From positions 933 through 64,932 of the IMG/VR virus record IMGVR_UViG_3300042549_001429: 64,000 nt of DNA; one strand, written 5' to 3'. The notes beneath the pieces were generated by a model. That model searched no databases and was not told where the DNA came from. It worked only from the letters and a program-made list of their open reading frames with translations. How positions within the stretch are numbered: the first letter of the stretch is position 1; each line of letters begins with the position of its first letter. The translations under genes and the position numbers were made by a program. This DNA comes from a virus. Lineage: Duplodnaviria > Caudoviricetes. Of this stretch, positions 18,872 to 28,680 are shown piece by piece.

Positions 18872-21095
18872 CCTGTGCCGGGTAGTAAAAGATTACATAC
18901 CTGCAGCCGTCATCTCCAAGAAGAATGGGGTGAGGTCGTGGCTTTATGGCTATAACGACCAATATGACGTTGTTGTAATATCTAAGACCGGACAGATAGG
19001 TGAGATTGTAGAAATCTCAGGGCTAAAGATTGCGCTTCCATTGGCTCCTGAAAAGTGTCTTCAAAGACACAATAATAAAAGCGAGCAGTATTGGGAGCGG
19101 CAAGACTTGCCAAAAGACTTGGCCAAGATTCAGTCGATATTCCAATGGAACGAAAAGCCAAAAGAATTTAAGGACAGGTGGATTGATTACATCGAGCAGG
19201 AGTTTGACTGCAGAGAGCAAGGCCTATGGTTTATGAACAATGGAGTTAAGACCTATATCACCGGCTCCCATTATATGTATCTGCAGTGGTCTAGCATTGA
19301 CGTTGGGTACCCCGACTTCAGAGAAGCCAATAGAATCTATTGGATATTTTGGGAAGCCTGTCGTGCAGACCCAAGAGCATTTGGTATGATATACCTAAAG
19401 ATTAGACGCTCAGGATTTTCGTTTATGTCATCCTCGGAGTGTGTCAACATAGGCACGCTTGCACGTGATGCTCGTATTGGTATCCTGTCTAAGACGGGTG
19501 CCGATGCTAAGAAGATGTTCACCGACAAGGTTGTACCTATTAATAGTAGGTTGCCTTTCTTTTTTAAGCCTGTAATGGATGGTATGGATAGACCTAAGAC
19601 CGAGTTGGCCTTTAGGGTTCCTGCATCCAAGATTACCAAGAAGAATATGTATGAGTCTGAGGATACTGAGATTGACGGGCTAGATACCACGATAGATTGG
19701 AAGAATACTGAAGACAACTCATACGATGGTGAGAAGCTATTGTTCTTGGCCCATGATGAAAGTGGTAAGTGGACAAAGCCTGTAAACATCAAGGAGAATT
19801 GGCGTGTAACCAAGACCTGTCTTCGACTTGGTAGCAAGATTATCGGCAAGTGTATGATGGGTTCAACGTCCAATGCGCTAAGCAAAGGAGGTCAGAACTT
19901 CAAGGACATTTATGAAGAGTCAAACGTCAAGGTTAGAAATGCCAATGGGCAAACCAAGAGTGGACTGTATGCCATATTCATTCCTATGGAGTGGAATATG
20001 GAAGGGTTCATTGACAGGTATGGACATCCCGTATTCAGAAAGCCTGAGGAGCCTATTGCAGGTGTTGACGGCAATTGGATTAAGAACGGTGCAATTGACT
20101 ATTGGGAGGCTGAGGTTGATTCATTAAAGAATGACGCTGACGCACTCAATGAGTTTTACCGTCAGTTCCCAAGAACGGAGTCTCATGCATTCCGTGACGA
20201 GAGCAAGCAGGCAATATTTAACTTGACCAAAATCTATCATCAGATTGATTACAACGACTCGATGATTAAGGAGCACTACATGACTCGTGGAATGTTCTCT
20301 TGGAAGGATGGAATAAAGGACACGCAAGTGATTTGGACTCCTGACCCCCGGGGCAGGTTTAATATAAGTTGGGCCCCTCCTAAGCATTTGCAAAATAATG
20401 TACACATCCGTAATGGTATTAGGTACCCCGGCAATGAGCACATTGGCTCATTCGGTTGTGACTCCTATGACATCTCAGCGGTCGTTGGTGGTCGTGGTTC
20501 TAATGGAGCCCTCCACGGAATGACCAAGTTTCACATGGATGATGCGCCTGTTAATGAGTTTTTCTTGGAGTACATTGCTCGTCCTCAGACGGCAGAGATA
20601 TTTTTTGAGGAGGTATTAATGGCGTGCGTATTCTATGGAATGCCTATCTTAGTGGAGAATAACAAACCAAGACTTTTGTATCACATAAAAAATAGAGGGT
20701 ACAGAGGCTTCTCGATTAACAGGCCTGATAAGCAGTTGGCTAAGTTGACTAAGACTGAGCGTGAGTTGGGAGGTATTCCAAACTCATCAGAGGACGTTAA
20801 GCAAGCGCACGCATCAGCAATTGAATCTTACATTGAGAAGTTTGTTGGACTTGATTTAGAGGCGAAGTACAGAGACCCTGAAGAGATGGGAACGATGCCG
20901 TTCACTAGAACACTTGAGGATTGGGCGAAGTTTGATATAAACGACAGGACTAGATTTGATGCTTGTATTAGTTCAGGATTGGCGATTATGGCCAATCAAA
21001 AGCACCTGTATATCCCTGAGAAAAAAGAATCAAAATTAATTATTAACTTCGCTAAATATAAGAATGAAGGTACAATAAGTCAATTGATTAGATGA
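18846..21095 (+). CDS. terL: Terminase large subunit
   Basis: KIRRSGFS Walker A-like, HDESGK Walker B, GCDSYD and ENN nuclease motifs; start uncertain (TTG). Confidence 0.9.
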   Translation: MQNEGQNNSLCRVVKDYIPAAVISKKNGVRSWLYGYNDQYDVVVISKTGQIGEIVEISGLKIALPLAPEKCLQRHNNKSEQYWERQDLPKDLAKIQSIFQWNEKPKEFKDRWIDYIEQEFDCREQGLWFMNNGVKTYITGSHYMYLQWSSIDVGYPDFREANRIYWIFWEACRADPRAFGMIYLKIRRSGFSFMSSSECVNIGTLARDARIGILSKTGADAKKMFTDKVVPINSRLPFFFKPVMDGMDRPKTELAFRVPASKITKKNMYESEDTEIDGLDTTIDWKNTEDNSYDGEKLLFLAHDESGKWTKPVNIKENWRVTKTCLRLGSKIIGKCMMGSTSNALSKGGQNFKDIYEESNVKVRNANGQTKSGLYAIFIPMEWNMEGFIDRYGHPVFRKPEEPIAGVDGNWIKNGAIDYWEAEVDSLKNDADALNEFYRQFPRTESHAFRDESKQAIFNLTKIYHQIDYNDSMIKEHYMTRGMFSWKDGIKDTQVIWTPDPRGRFNISWAPPKHLQNNVHIRNGIRYPGNEHIGSFGCDSYDISAVVGGRGSNGALHGMTKFHMDDAPVNEFFLEYIARPQTAEIFFEEVLMACVFYGMPILVENNKPRLLYHIKNRGYRGFSINRPDKQLAKLTKTERELGGIPNSSEDVKQAHASAIESYIEKFVGLDLEAKYRDPEEMGTMPFTRTLEDWAKFDINDRTRFDACISSGLAIMANQKHLYIPEKKESKLIINFAKYKNEGTISQLIR
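19055..19070. repeat. 16-bp palindromic motif copy, intragenic (terL)
   Basis: GTGTCTTCAAAGACAC. Confidence 0.9.
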
Positions 21096-23527
21096 AAAAT
21101 ATAACAGTCGAAATAAATGCGGTATCTTTTCCGAGTCAGTTGGCTACTGACGCAGAGAAAGCATCCGATACTTTTGGCCTTCAAGTAGGGCAAGCCATTC
21201 AATACGAATGGTTTAGAAAAGATGGCAGCTCTTGTAGATACTACGGCCAATGGCAAGACTTCCGTAGGCTTAGGCTATACGCAAGAGGCGAGCAGCCTAT
21301 CGGTAAATACAAGAACGAACTAGCCATTGATGGAGACCTATCCTACTTAAACTTGGATTGGACTCCCGTACCTATTCTCCCTAAGTTTATTGACATCGTT
21401 GTAAACGGAATGTCTGATAGACTTTTTAAAGTAAAGGCATACGCACAAGATGCAATGTCTCAGTCTAAGAGAAGCAAGTATCAGGACATGGTCGAGTCTC
21501 AAATGGTTGCAAAGCCTGTGCTTGAGATTATTCAACAAGAGACAGGAGCGAATCCATTTATGACCGACCCCGACAATCTTCCGGAAACAGATGAAGAGTT
21601 GTCATTGTATATGCAGCTTAACTATAAGCCTGCTATTGAGATTGCCGAAGAAGAAGCCATTAACACAATCTTTGAGGAGAATCATTACGATGATACCCGG
21701 AAAAGATTGAACTACGATATTGCTACCATTGGTATTGCTATTGCTAAGCACGAGTTTCTTCAGGGAACAGGCGTGCAGGTCTCTTATGTAGACCCTGCCA
21801 ATGTGGTTTACAGTTACACAGAAGACCCATTCTTTAAGGATTGCTTCTATTGGGGTGAGATTAAAACCATGCCAATTACTGAGTTGATGAAGATTGACCA
21901 ATCCCTTACTAAAGAGGACTTGCAGCAAATTACTCAGTACAGCCAAGCATGGTACGACTATTACAACGTAGCGCAGTTCTACGAGAACAGTATGTTCTTT
22001 AGAGATACCTGCACCTTGCTATACTTCAATTACAAGAGCACTAAGAAAATCGTCTACAAGAAAAAGAAACTTGATGGCGGTGGTTCTCGTGTTATTGAGA
22101 AGGACGACACCTTTAATCCTCCTGCTGAAATGATGGAGGAAGGTAATTTTGAAAAGATTGAGAAGACCATTGACGTGTGGTATGATGGTATTATGGTTAT
22201 GGGTACCAACATTCTTATTCAGTGGAAGCTGTCTGAGAATATGGTGAGACCTAAGTCAGCCTCTCAGCACGCATTACCAAACTATGTTGCTTGCGCTCCA
22301 CGTATGTACAAGGGAGTTATTGAATCACTATGCAGAAGGATGATACCATTTGCTGACTTGATTCAAATCACTCACTTAAAACTACAGCAGGTTATTGCAC
22401 GTACTGTGCCTGATGGTGTATTCATTGATGCCGATGGTCTTAATGAGATTGACTTGGGTACCGGTAATGCGTACAATCCTGAGGATGCATTGAGACTATA
22501 CTTCCAAACGGGTAGTGTTATTGGCCGTAGCTTTACGCAGGACGGTGACTTTAACAATGCTAGAGTTCCAATTACGCAGCTTACGTCTAACTCAGGAGCA
22601 GCCAAGACGCAGATGCTTATCACCAATATGAACCACTACATTGATATGATTAGGTCCGTAACCGGGCTTAACGAAGCAAGAGATGGTTCAATGCCTGACC
22701 CGAACTCATTGGTTGGGTTACAGAAACTAGCAGCACTAAACTCAAATACAGCAACAAGACATATTCTTGATGCTTCTTTGTATATTTATCGTTCATTGTC
22801 TGAAGCATTAACTTACAGGGTGGCAGACATCCTAGAGTATTCTGACTTTAAGGATGAGTTCGCTAACCAAATTGGCAAGTACAACGTCTCTATCTTGAAC
22901 GAGATTAAGGACTTGTACATTTACGACTTTGGTATCTTTATCGAGGTTTCTCCGGATGAGGAGCAGAAAGCTCAGCTTGAAGCCAACATTCAGATGGCAT
23001 TGTCTAAAGGCGACATTAATCTTGAGGATGCAATTGACATCAGAGAGATTAAGAACATAAAGCTTGCCAATCAATTGCTCAAGATGAAGCGAGTTAGACT
23101 GCAGGAGCGTGAGGAAAAGATGGCTATGCAGAAGCAAGCCATAATTGCTCAGCAGCAAATGCAGGCTCAGCAATTGGCAGCAGAGACCGCTATGCAAAAG
23201 ATACAGATGGAGACTCAAGCCAAGATGCAGCTAAAGCAAGCCGAGGTAGCGTTTGATATTGAGAAAGCTCAGAATGAAGCAACGCTTAAATCTCAACTAA
23301 TGAGAGAGGAGTTTGAGTATAACCTTCAGCTTCGTGATATTGAGGTGGGTAGCTTGACGGAAAGAGAAAAAATGAAAGAGGACGCTAAGGCGAAAAGAAT
23401 TAGTCAACAAAACACCGAGCAATCTAAATTAATTAATCAAAGAAAGAACAATTTACCTCCTTTGAGTTTTGAATCAAATGAGGATAGTTTGGATGGATTT
23501 GATTTGGCAGAATTTGAACCTCGTTAA
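21092..23527 (+). CDS. Portal protein
   Basis: 811 aa after TerL; Q-rich coiled C-terminus as in podoviral/crAss-like portals. Confidence 0.85.
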   Translation: MKNITVEINAVSFPSQLATDAEKASDTFGLQVGQAIQYEWFRKDGSSCRYYGQWQDFRRLRLYARGEQPIGKYKNELAIDGDLSYLNLDWTPVPILPKFIDIVVNGMSDRLFKVKAYAQDAMSQSKRSKYQDMVESQMVAKPVLEIIQQETGANPFMTDPDNLPETDEELSLYMQLNYKPAIEIAEEEAINTIFEENHYDDTRKRLNYDIATIGIAIAKHEFLQGTGVQVSYVDPANVVYSYTEDPFFKDCFYWGEIKTMPITELMKIDQSLTKEDLQQITQYSQAWYDYYNVAQFYENSMFFRDTCTLLYFNYKSTKKIVYKKKKLDGGGSRVIEKDDTFNPPAEMMEEGNFEKIEKTIDVWYDGIMVMGTNILIQWKLSENMVRPKSASQHALPNYVACAPRMYKGVIESLCRRMIPFADLIQITHLKLQQVIARTVPDGVFIDADGLNEIDLGTGNAYNPEDALRLYFQTGSVIGRSFTQDGDFNNARVPITQLTSNSGAAKTQMLITNMNHYIDMIRSVTGLNEARDGSMPDPNSLVGLQKLAALNSNTATRHILDASLYIYRSLSEALTYRVADILEYSDFKDEFANQIGKYNVSILNEIKDLYIYDFGIFIEVSPDEEQKAQLEANIQMALSKGDINLEDAIDIREIKNIKLANQLLKMKRVRLQEREEKMAMQKQAIIAQQQMQAQQLAAETAMQKIQMETQAKMQLKQAEVAFDIEKAQNEATLKSQLMREEFEYNLQLRDIEVGSLTEREKMKEDAKAKRISQQNTEQSKLINQRKNNLPPLSFESNEDSLDGFDLAEFEPR

Positions 23528-23545
23528 AATGTTGAAAAATTTATC

Positions 23546-23553
23546 TAAGTTTG
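23546..23553 (+). promoter_or_regulatory. Bacteroidota -7 element TAAGTTTG
   Basis: Consensus match 20 nt before ATG 23574. Confidence 0.5.
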
Positions 23554-23573
23554 TATAAATTAAATCGAATCAA

Positions 23574-24665
23574 ATGGAATTAAAAGTAAGAGCAGTGGAC
23601 ATTATTGAACCTAAGAGTGTTCAAGAAGTTGAAAAGGAATTGCTTGAAAAGCATGATGAGGCTTTAAAGCAAGAGAGTAATTCAGGTCAAGACTCAGGTG
23701 CAGGCAGCGAACCCGCTCCCGCAACACCACAAGAGTTGAGAGATGAAGACGTTCTTTCATATATTGGGAAAAGGTACAATAAACAGATTAACTCATTGGA
23801 TGATTTGGTTGCTGAGCGTAAAGACTCAGAGCCGCTTCCTGATGACGTGTCTGCTTATTTGCAATACAAGAAGGATACAGGCCGTGGATTCGAGGACTTT
23901 CTTAGTTTAAAGAAAGACTTTGATGAAATGAATCCTGACCAACTTCTTAAAGAATACCTGACTGCTACGCAGGAGGGTCTCGATAGTGATGACATCGAGG
24001 CTTTGATGGATGACTACAGATTTGACGAGGAGTTGGATGATGAGTCAACCGTAAAGAAAGCAAAAATCGCAAAAAAGAAAGTACTTGCTGAAGCCAAGAA
24101 ATACTTCAATTCTCAGAAAGAGAAATACAAGATGCCCCTTGAGTCAAGGTCGGTGTCTATCTCTGATGAAGAGAAGGAGGTTTACGAAAGCTACAAGCAG
24201 TATATTCAAGAGGCAAAGACCATAGAGGAAGAGACCAAGCGTAAGCGTCAATGGTTTGACCAAAAGACGGACGAGGTTTTTAATGGAGAGTTCAAAGGTT
24301 TTGAGTTCAATGTTAATGACAAGAAGATTATGTTTGCTCCCGGGGATGCCAATGAGTTGAAGAAAGTCCAAGCGACACCACAGAACTTTATCAATAAGTT
24401 CTTGGATGACCAAGGATTAATCAAAGACGCAGCAGGTTATCATAGGTCATTGTCAATAGCAATGCATCCTGAAAAGTTTGCCAAGTTCTTTTATGAACAA
24501 GGAATGTCAGACGCAACTGACGATGTTACTCGTAAAATCAAGAACATCAATATGTCAGACCGTAAGACTCCTGAGGTTGGCAAGGCAACAGGTAGCGTGC
24601 AGGTGAGGGCGGTAAACCCCGATTCAGGTAGAAACCTGAAAATCCGCAGCATAAAAAAAATGTAA
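23574..24665 (+). CDS. Capsid scaffolding protein (putative)
   Basis: Acidic, helical; lies between portal and capsid genes. Confidence 0.65.
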   Translation: MELKVRAVDIIEPKSVQEVEKELLEKHDEALKQESNSGQDSGAGSEPAPATPQELRDEDVLSYIGKRYNKQINSLDDLVAERKDSEPLPDDVSAYLQYKKDTGRGFEDFLSLKKDFDEMNPDQLLKEYLTATQEGLDSDDIEALMDDYRFDEELDDESTVKKAKIAKKKVLAEAKKYFNSQKEKYKMPLESRSVSISDEEKEVYESYKQYIQEAKTIEEETKRKRQWFDQKTDEVFNGEFKGFEFNVNDKKIMFAPGDANELKKVQATPQNFINKFLDDQGLIKDAAGYHRSLSIAMHPEKFAKFFYEQGMSDATDDVTRKIKNINMSDRKTPEVGKATGSVQVRAVNPDSGRNLKIRSIKKM

Positions 24666-24685
24666 AAACTTAAAACTAAAAAACA

Positions 24686-26104
24686 ATGGCAGGTTCATTA
24701 TTAAGTAATCCTACCTTTCAACTTCAGCCGAGTGCTGAACAGGTAGCGTTACAAACAAACTACATTACCAACTTCAACTTCTTGAATCAGTATCTACCTG
24801 ATACTTACGAGAAGGAATTTGAGCGTTATGGTAATCGCACAATCGCTTCTTTCCTTAGAATGGTAGGAGCTGAGATGCCTTCTAACTCTGACCAAATTAA
24901 GTGGGCAGAACAAGGCCGTCTTCACATCAAGTACACCAACTGTACTTCTGCAGCAGCATTGGCAGCTAACACTGCTACTTTCACTGTAGCTGATTCAGGT
25001 GTAACTTACATCGCAATCCGTGTAGGTCAGACTGTAATGATTCAGAACAACGCTTCAGGTGTGTTCAACAAAGCAATCGTAACTGCTGTACCTTCTGCAA
25101 CTACTTTCACTGTAGCTTACTATGAGGCAACAGGACAAGCATTCGCAGTTTCTACTCAGTGTACTGTATTCATTTACGGTTCTGAGTTCAAGAAAGGAAC
25201 CAACGGAATGATTGGCTCATTGGAATCTGAAGATGAAATCTTCTCTAACAACCCTATTATCATCAAAGATAAGTATGCGGTTAACGGTTCTGATATGGCT
25301 CAAATCGGTTGGGTTGAGGTTACCACTGAGAACGGTGCTACCGGTTACTTGTGGTATTTGAAATCAGAGCACGAGACTCGTCTTCGTTTTGAAGACTATC
25401 TTGAGACTTCAATGATTGAAGCAGTACCTGCTGCTACCGGTTCCGGTGCTAAGACTGCAGGTATGATGGGTTCTGAAGGTATCTTCTACGTTGTTAACAA
25501 CAGAGGTAACGTATGGGGTGGTGGAACTCCAACTTCTCTTAATGAGTGGGATACTATCGTTTCTCGTCTTGACAAGCAAGGAGCTATCGAAGAAAACGTA
25601 ATCTTCGTAAATCGTGGTCTAAGCTTTGACATCGACAATATGTTGGCTACATTGAACGGATACACTTCAGGTGGTGTTGCTCAGTCTGCATCATTCGGTT
25701 TGTTCGACAACGATGTTGACATGGCGTTGAACCTTGGCTTCACAGGTTTCCGTAGAGGTTATGACTTCTACAAGTCTGATTGGAAGTACTTGAACGACCC
25801 AACCATGCGTGGTGGTTTAAACCAAACTGCTGCTACAGCAACCGGTACTATCACAGGTTTGATGGTTCCTGCAGGTTCTACTTCAGTGTATGACCAAATC
25901 ATGGGTAAGAACGCTAAGCGTCCATTCTTGCACGTACGTTACAGAGCTTCTGAAGCTGAAGACAGACGTTACAAGACTTGGATTACAGGTTCTGCCGGTG
26001 GTGCTGCTACTAGCGACCTTGATGCAATGGAGGTAAACTTCCTTTCTGAGCGTTGTGTTTGTACCCTTGGTGCTAACAACTTCGTATTGTTCAGATTTGG
26101 ATAA
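24686..26104 (+). CDS. Major capsid protein
   Basis: 472 aa after the scaffold; strong codon bias; followed by a terminator. Confidence 0.85.
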   Translation: MAGSLLSNPTFQLQPSAEQVALQTNYITNFNFLNQYLPDTYEKEFERYGNRTIASFLRMVGAEMPSNSDQIKWAEQGRLHIKYTNCTSAAALAANTATFTVADSGVTYIAIRVGQTVMIQNNASGVFNKAIVTAVPSATTFTVAYYEATGQAFAVSTQCTVFIYGSEFKKGTNGMIGSLESEDEIFSNNPIIIKDKYAVNGSDMAQIGWVEVTTENGATGYLWYLKSEHETRLRFEDYLETSMIEAVPAATGSGAKTAGMMGSEGIFYVVNNRGNVWGGGTPTSLNEWDTIVSRLDKQGAIEENVIFVNRGLSFDIDNMLATLNGYTSGGVAQSASFGLFDNDVDMALNLGFTGFRRGYDFYKSDWKYLNDPTMRGGLNQTAATATGTITGLMVPAGSTSVYDQIMGKNAKRPFLHVRYRASEAEDRRYKTWITGSAGGAATSDLDAMEVNFLSERCVCTLGANNFVLFRFG

Positions 26105-26113
26105 AAAATAATT

Positions 26114-26145
26114 GGAGGGTGTCTTTAAAGACACTCTCCTTTTTT
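26114..26145 (+). terminator. Intrinsic terminator whose stem contains the perfect palindrome GTGTCTTTAAAGACAC (26119-26134)
   Basis: GGAGGGTGTC-TTTAAA-GACACTCTCC followed by a T-tract. Confidence 0.85.
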
Positions 26146-26177
26146 AATTAATTAAATCAAATTAAATTCAATAATAA

Positions 26178-26921
26178 ATGGCAAAGATTAATACCCCTGT
26201 AGACAAGGTCTACAAGTTGAAAAATGGAAGCCCACTTTCATATACATTAGCATCAAGAAACCACCCTAGATTTCCTTTAATGTGGTTTGATGAGAAGAAC
26301 AATGTGAATAGAGCTCTTAGATACGCATCCAATCAGAAGTCTCCTTTCGAGGATGAGCAAGATGGAAACTCTATCATTGAGCCAATTCTTTTTGAGGATG
26401 GATTTTTAAGAGTGCCAAAACAAAACCCGGTATTGCAACAGTTCTTGCACTACCATCCTTTGAATGGAATTATCTTCTCAGAGGTTGACAAAGAAAAAGA
26501 AGCGGCTGATGAAGTTGCTGATTTGAACTTGGAGGTTGAGGCATTAGTAGAAGCTCGTCAATTAAGTATCGACCAAATTGAAACTCTTACAAGAGTAATG
26601 TTTGGCAAAGACCCATCAACTGTGTCAACTGCTGAATTGAAGCGTGACATTTTGGTGTTTGCTAAGACAGACCCTAAAGAGTTCTTGAACATATTGAATG
26701 ACCCCGAACTAAAATATCAAGCTAAGATTCGTTTGTTCTTTGAGAACAAGCTGTTAATCTTGAGAAATGGAGACAAAGAGGTGTGGTACAATACCCCAAC
26801 CAATAAGAAGAAAATGCTATCGGTTCCTTATGGCGAAGACCCATACGAAATGGTTGCACACTTCTTACAATCAGACGAAGGTATTGACTCATTAAAGATG
26901 TTAGAAGCCGTTTTAGCATAG
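26178..26921 (+). CDS. Conserved protein downstream of capsid gene (putative structural)
   Basis: 247 aa; synteny. Confidence 0.55.
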   Translation: MAKINTPVDKVYKLKNGSPLSYTLASRNHPRFPLMWFDEKNNVNRALRYASNQKSPFEDEQDGNSIIEPILFEDGFLRVPKQNPVLQQFLHYHPLNGIIFSEVDKEKEAADEVADLNLEVEALVEARQLSIDQIETLTRVMFGKDPSTVSTAELKRDILVFAKTDPKEFLNILNDPELKYQAKIRLFFENKLLILRNGDKEVWYNTPTNKKKMLSVPYGEDPYEMVAHFLQSDEGIDSLKMLEAVLA

Positions 26922-26942
26922 ATTGATAGATAGATTGAGTAG

Positions 26943-26974
26943 AAAGGGGGGCATCTTGTGCCCTCTTTTTTTTT
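26943..26974 (+). terminator. Intrinsic terminator
   Basis: AAAGGGGGGCA-TCTTG-TGCCCTCTTT plus a long T run. Confidence 0.75.
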
Positions 26975-26977
26975 ATG

Positions 26978-26985
26978 TATATTTG
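26978..26985 (+). promoter_or_regulatory. Bacteroidota -7 element TATATTTG
   Basis: Consensus match upstream of ATG 27000. Confidence 0.5.
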
Positions 26986-26999
26986 TAAAAAAGGAAATA

Positions 27000-27743
27000 A
27001 TGATAAACTCAGTTAGAAATACCGTATTATCTGTTCTAAATAAGAACAACTACGGGTACATATCTCCCTCTGATTTCAACTTGTTTGCTACGCAAGCACA
27101 GCTTGAGGTGTTCGAGGAATACTTTTCTGAGTACAATAAGACCATTAACATGGAGAATGCTCGTCAGTCAGGCACTGAATATGCTGACTTACGAAAACCA
27201 ATTGAGGAGGCAATGGAAGTATTTGCTTTGACCTCTACATTGACTCAGTTTGCTCCCGCTACAAACAGGTTCTTATTACCATCGGTAAGCACGACAGGTT
27301 TTGACTATTTTATGATTAACAAGATTCTTTGTTATGACGCTTCAGTTAGCCCAAGAGTACTCAAGGGTGAGGCAGAGAAGGTGCCGCATACAAGAATAAC
27401 TTTACTGAATAATTCAAACCTTACTGCTCCTACAGAGATGTATCCTGCTTATACGCAGGAGGGCAATGTGCTTACTGTATATCCCTCTACATTTAACTTG
27501 GCAAATGAGGTTGAGGCCAACTACTTTAGATACCCTAAGGTACCAAAGTGGACTTACGTAACTCTTGCTAATGGCGAGCCTATCTTTAATCAGTCTCAAG
27601 CAGACTATCAAGACTTTGAGGTGCCGGCAGAAGATGAGTACAAGTTGGTCACAAAGATTCTTCAGTATTGCGGGGTGTCAATTCGTGAAACAGAGGTTAC
27701 TCAATTTGCTATGGCTCAAGAGCAGATGGAAAAAACTCAATAA
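27000..27743 (+). CDS. Tail ring/adaptor protein
   Basis: MINSVRNTVLSVLNKNNYGYISPSDFN..YFRYPK; start moved from GTG 26958, which lies inside the terminator. Confidence 0.65.
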   Translation: MINSVRNTVLSVLNKNNYGYISPSDFNLFATQAQLEVFEEYFSEYNKTINMENARQSGTEYADLRKPIEEAMEVFALTSTLTQFAPATNRFLLPSVSTTGFDYFMINKILCYDASVSPRVLKGEAEKVPHTRITLLNNSNLTAPTEMYPAYTQEGNVLTVYPSTFNLANEVEANYFRYPKVPKWTYVTLANGEPIFNQSQADYQDFEVPAEDEYKLVTKILQYCGVSIRETEVTQFAMAQEQMEKTQ

Positions 27744-27755
27744 AAAATATAGGTT

Positions 27756-28679
27756 ATGTCATATATATCGCAGTATCAGTATTATGAGAATGGGGGAGTC
27801 AACCCTCAGGATGCCAATTGGGGCTCGTATCAGTACGTTAGTTTGGAAGATGTTGTAAACAATTTCTTGTTGATGTATGCGGGCAACCATTCATTGGTTA
27901 ATAATGAGGAACGATATAAGATTTTGTTTCACGCAAAGCGTGCCATTCAAGAATTGAACTACGATGCGTTCAAAGAAATCAAAGTATTGGAGCTTATGGT
28001 TCCTGATACATTGAGATTTATTCTTCCTTCTGACTATGTCAATTGGGTTCGTATTTCACTATACAAAGATGGATGGCTTCGTCCATTGTCTGAAAACATT
28101 CAGACGCTTTCTGCTAAGGCATATTTGCAAGACCAACAAGGAAAAATATTGTTCGACCAAAACGGCAATGCTCTTTCTCCTGAGTTTTCAGATATTGACT
28201 TTGACAGATTAACCCATATCAAGAAAAGTATCTACCTTAATCAAGATAATCAATTCGATGGTAATGAGGGATGGAACTACGATGGGATGTGGTATTTTGA
28301 AGGCAACATTGGTGCGGCTTATGGCTTAGATACTGAGACTGCCAACTTCAATCCTACGTTTAATGTAGACCGAAAGGCAGGTGTAATTAACTTTGATTCA
28401 CCGATGACCGGTCAGCAGTGTATTCTTGAGTACGTATCAGATGGTATGGAGCAAGGAGACAATTCAAAAATTACTGTAAACAAGTTATTTGAGAAGTACA
28501 TTTATGCTTACATTCAGTATGAAATTCTGAACAGCAAGTTAGGTGTGCAAGAATATATTGTCGCTCGTGCTCGTAAAGAAAAATCTGCGCTATTAAGAAA
28601 CGCAAAGATTAGAATAAGCAACATTCATCCCGGAAGACTCTTGATGAACTTGAGAGGATTGGACAAGCAAATTAAATAA
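27756..28679 (+). CDS. Tail tubular/ring protein
   Basis: AKRAIQELNYD..LPSDYVNWVRIS..LEYVSDG. Confidence 0.65.
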   Translation: MSYISQYQYYENGGVNPQDANWGSYQYVSLEDVVNNFLLMYAGNHSLVNNEERYKILFHAKRAIQELNYDAFKEIKVLELMVPDTLRFILPSDYVNWVRISLYKDGWLRPLSENIQTLSAKAYLQDQQGKILFDQNGNALSPEFSDIDFDRLTHIKKSIYLNQDNQFDGNEGWNYDGMWYFEGNIGAAYGLDTETANFNPTFNVDRKAGVINFDSPMTGQQCILEYVSDGMEQGDNSKITVNKLFEKYIYAYIQYEILNSKLGVQEYIVARARKEKSALLRNAKIRISNIHPGRLLMNLRGLDKQIK

Positions 28680-28680
28680 G

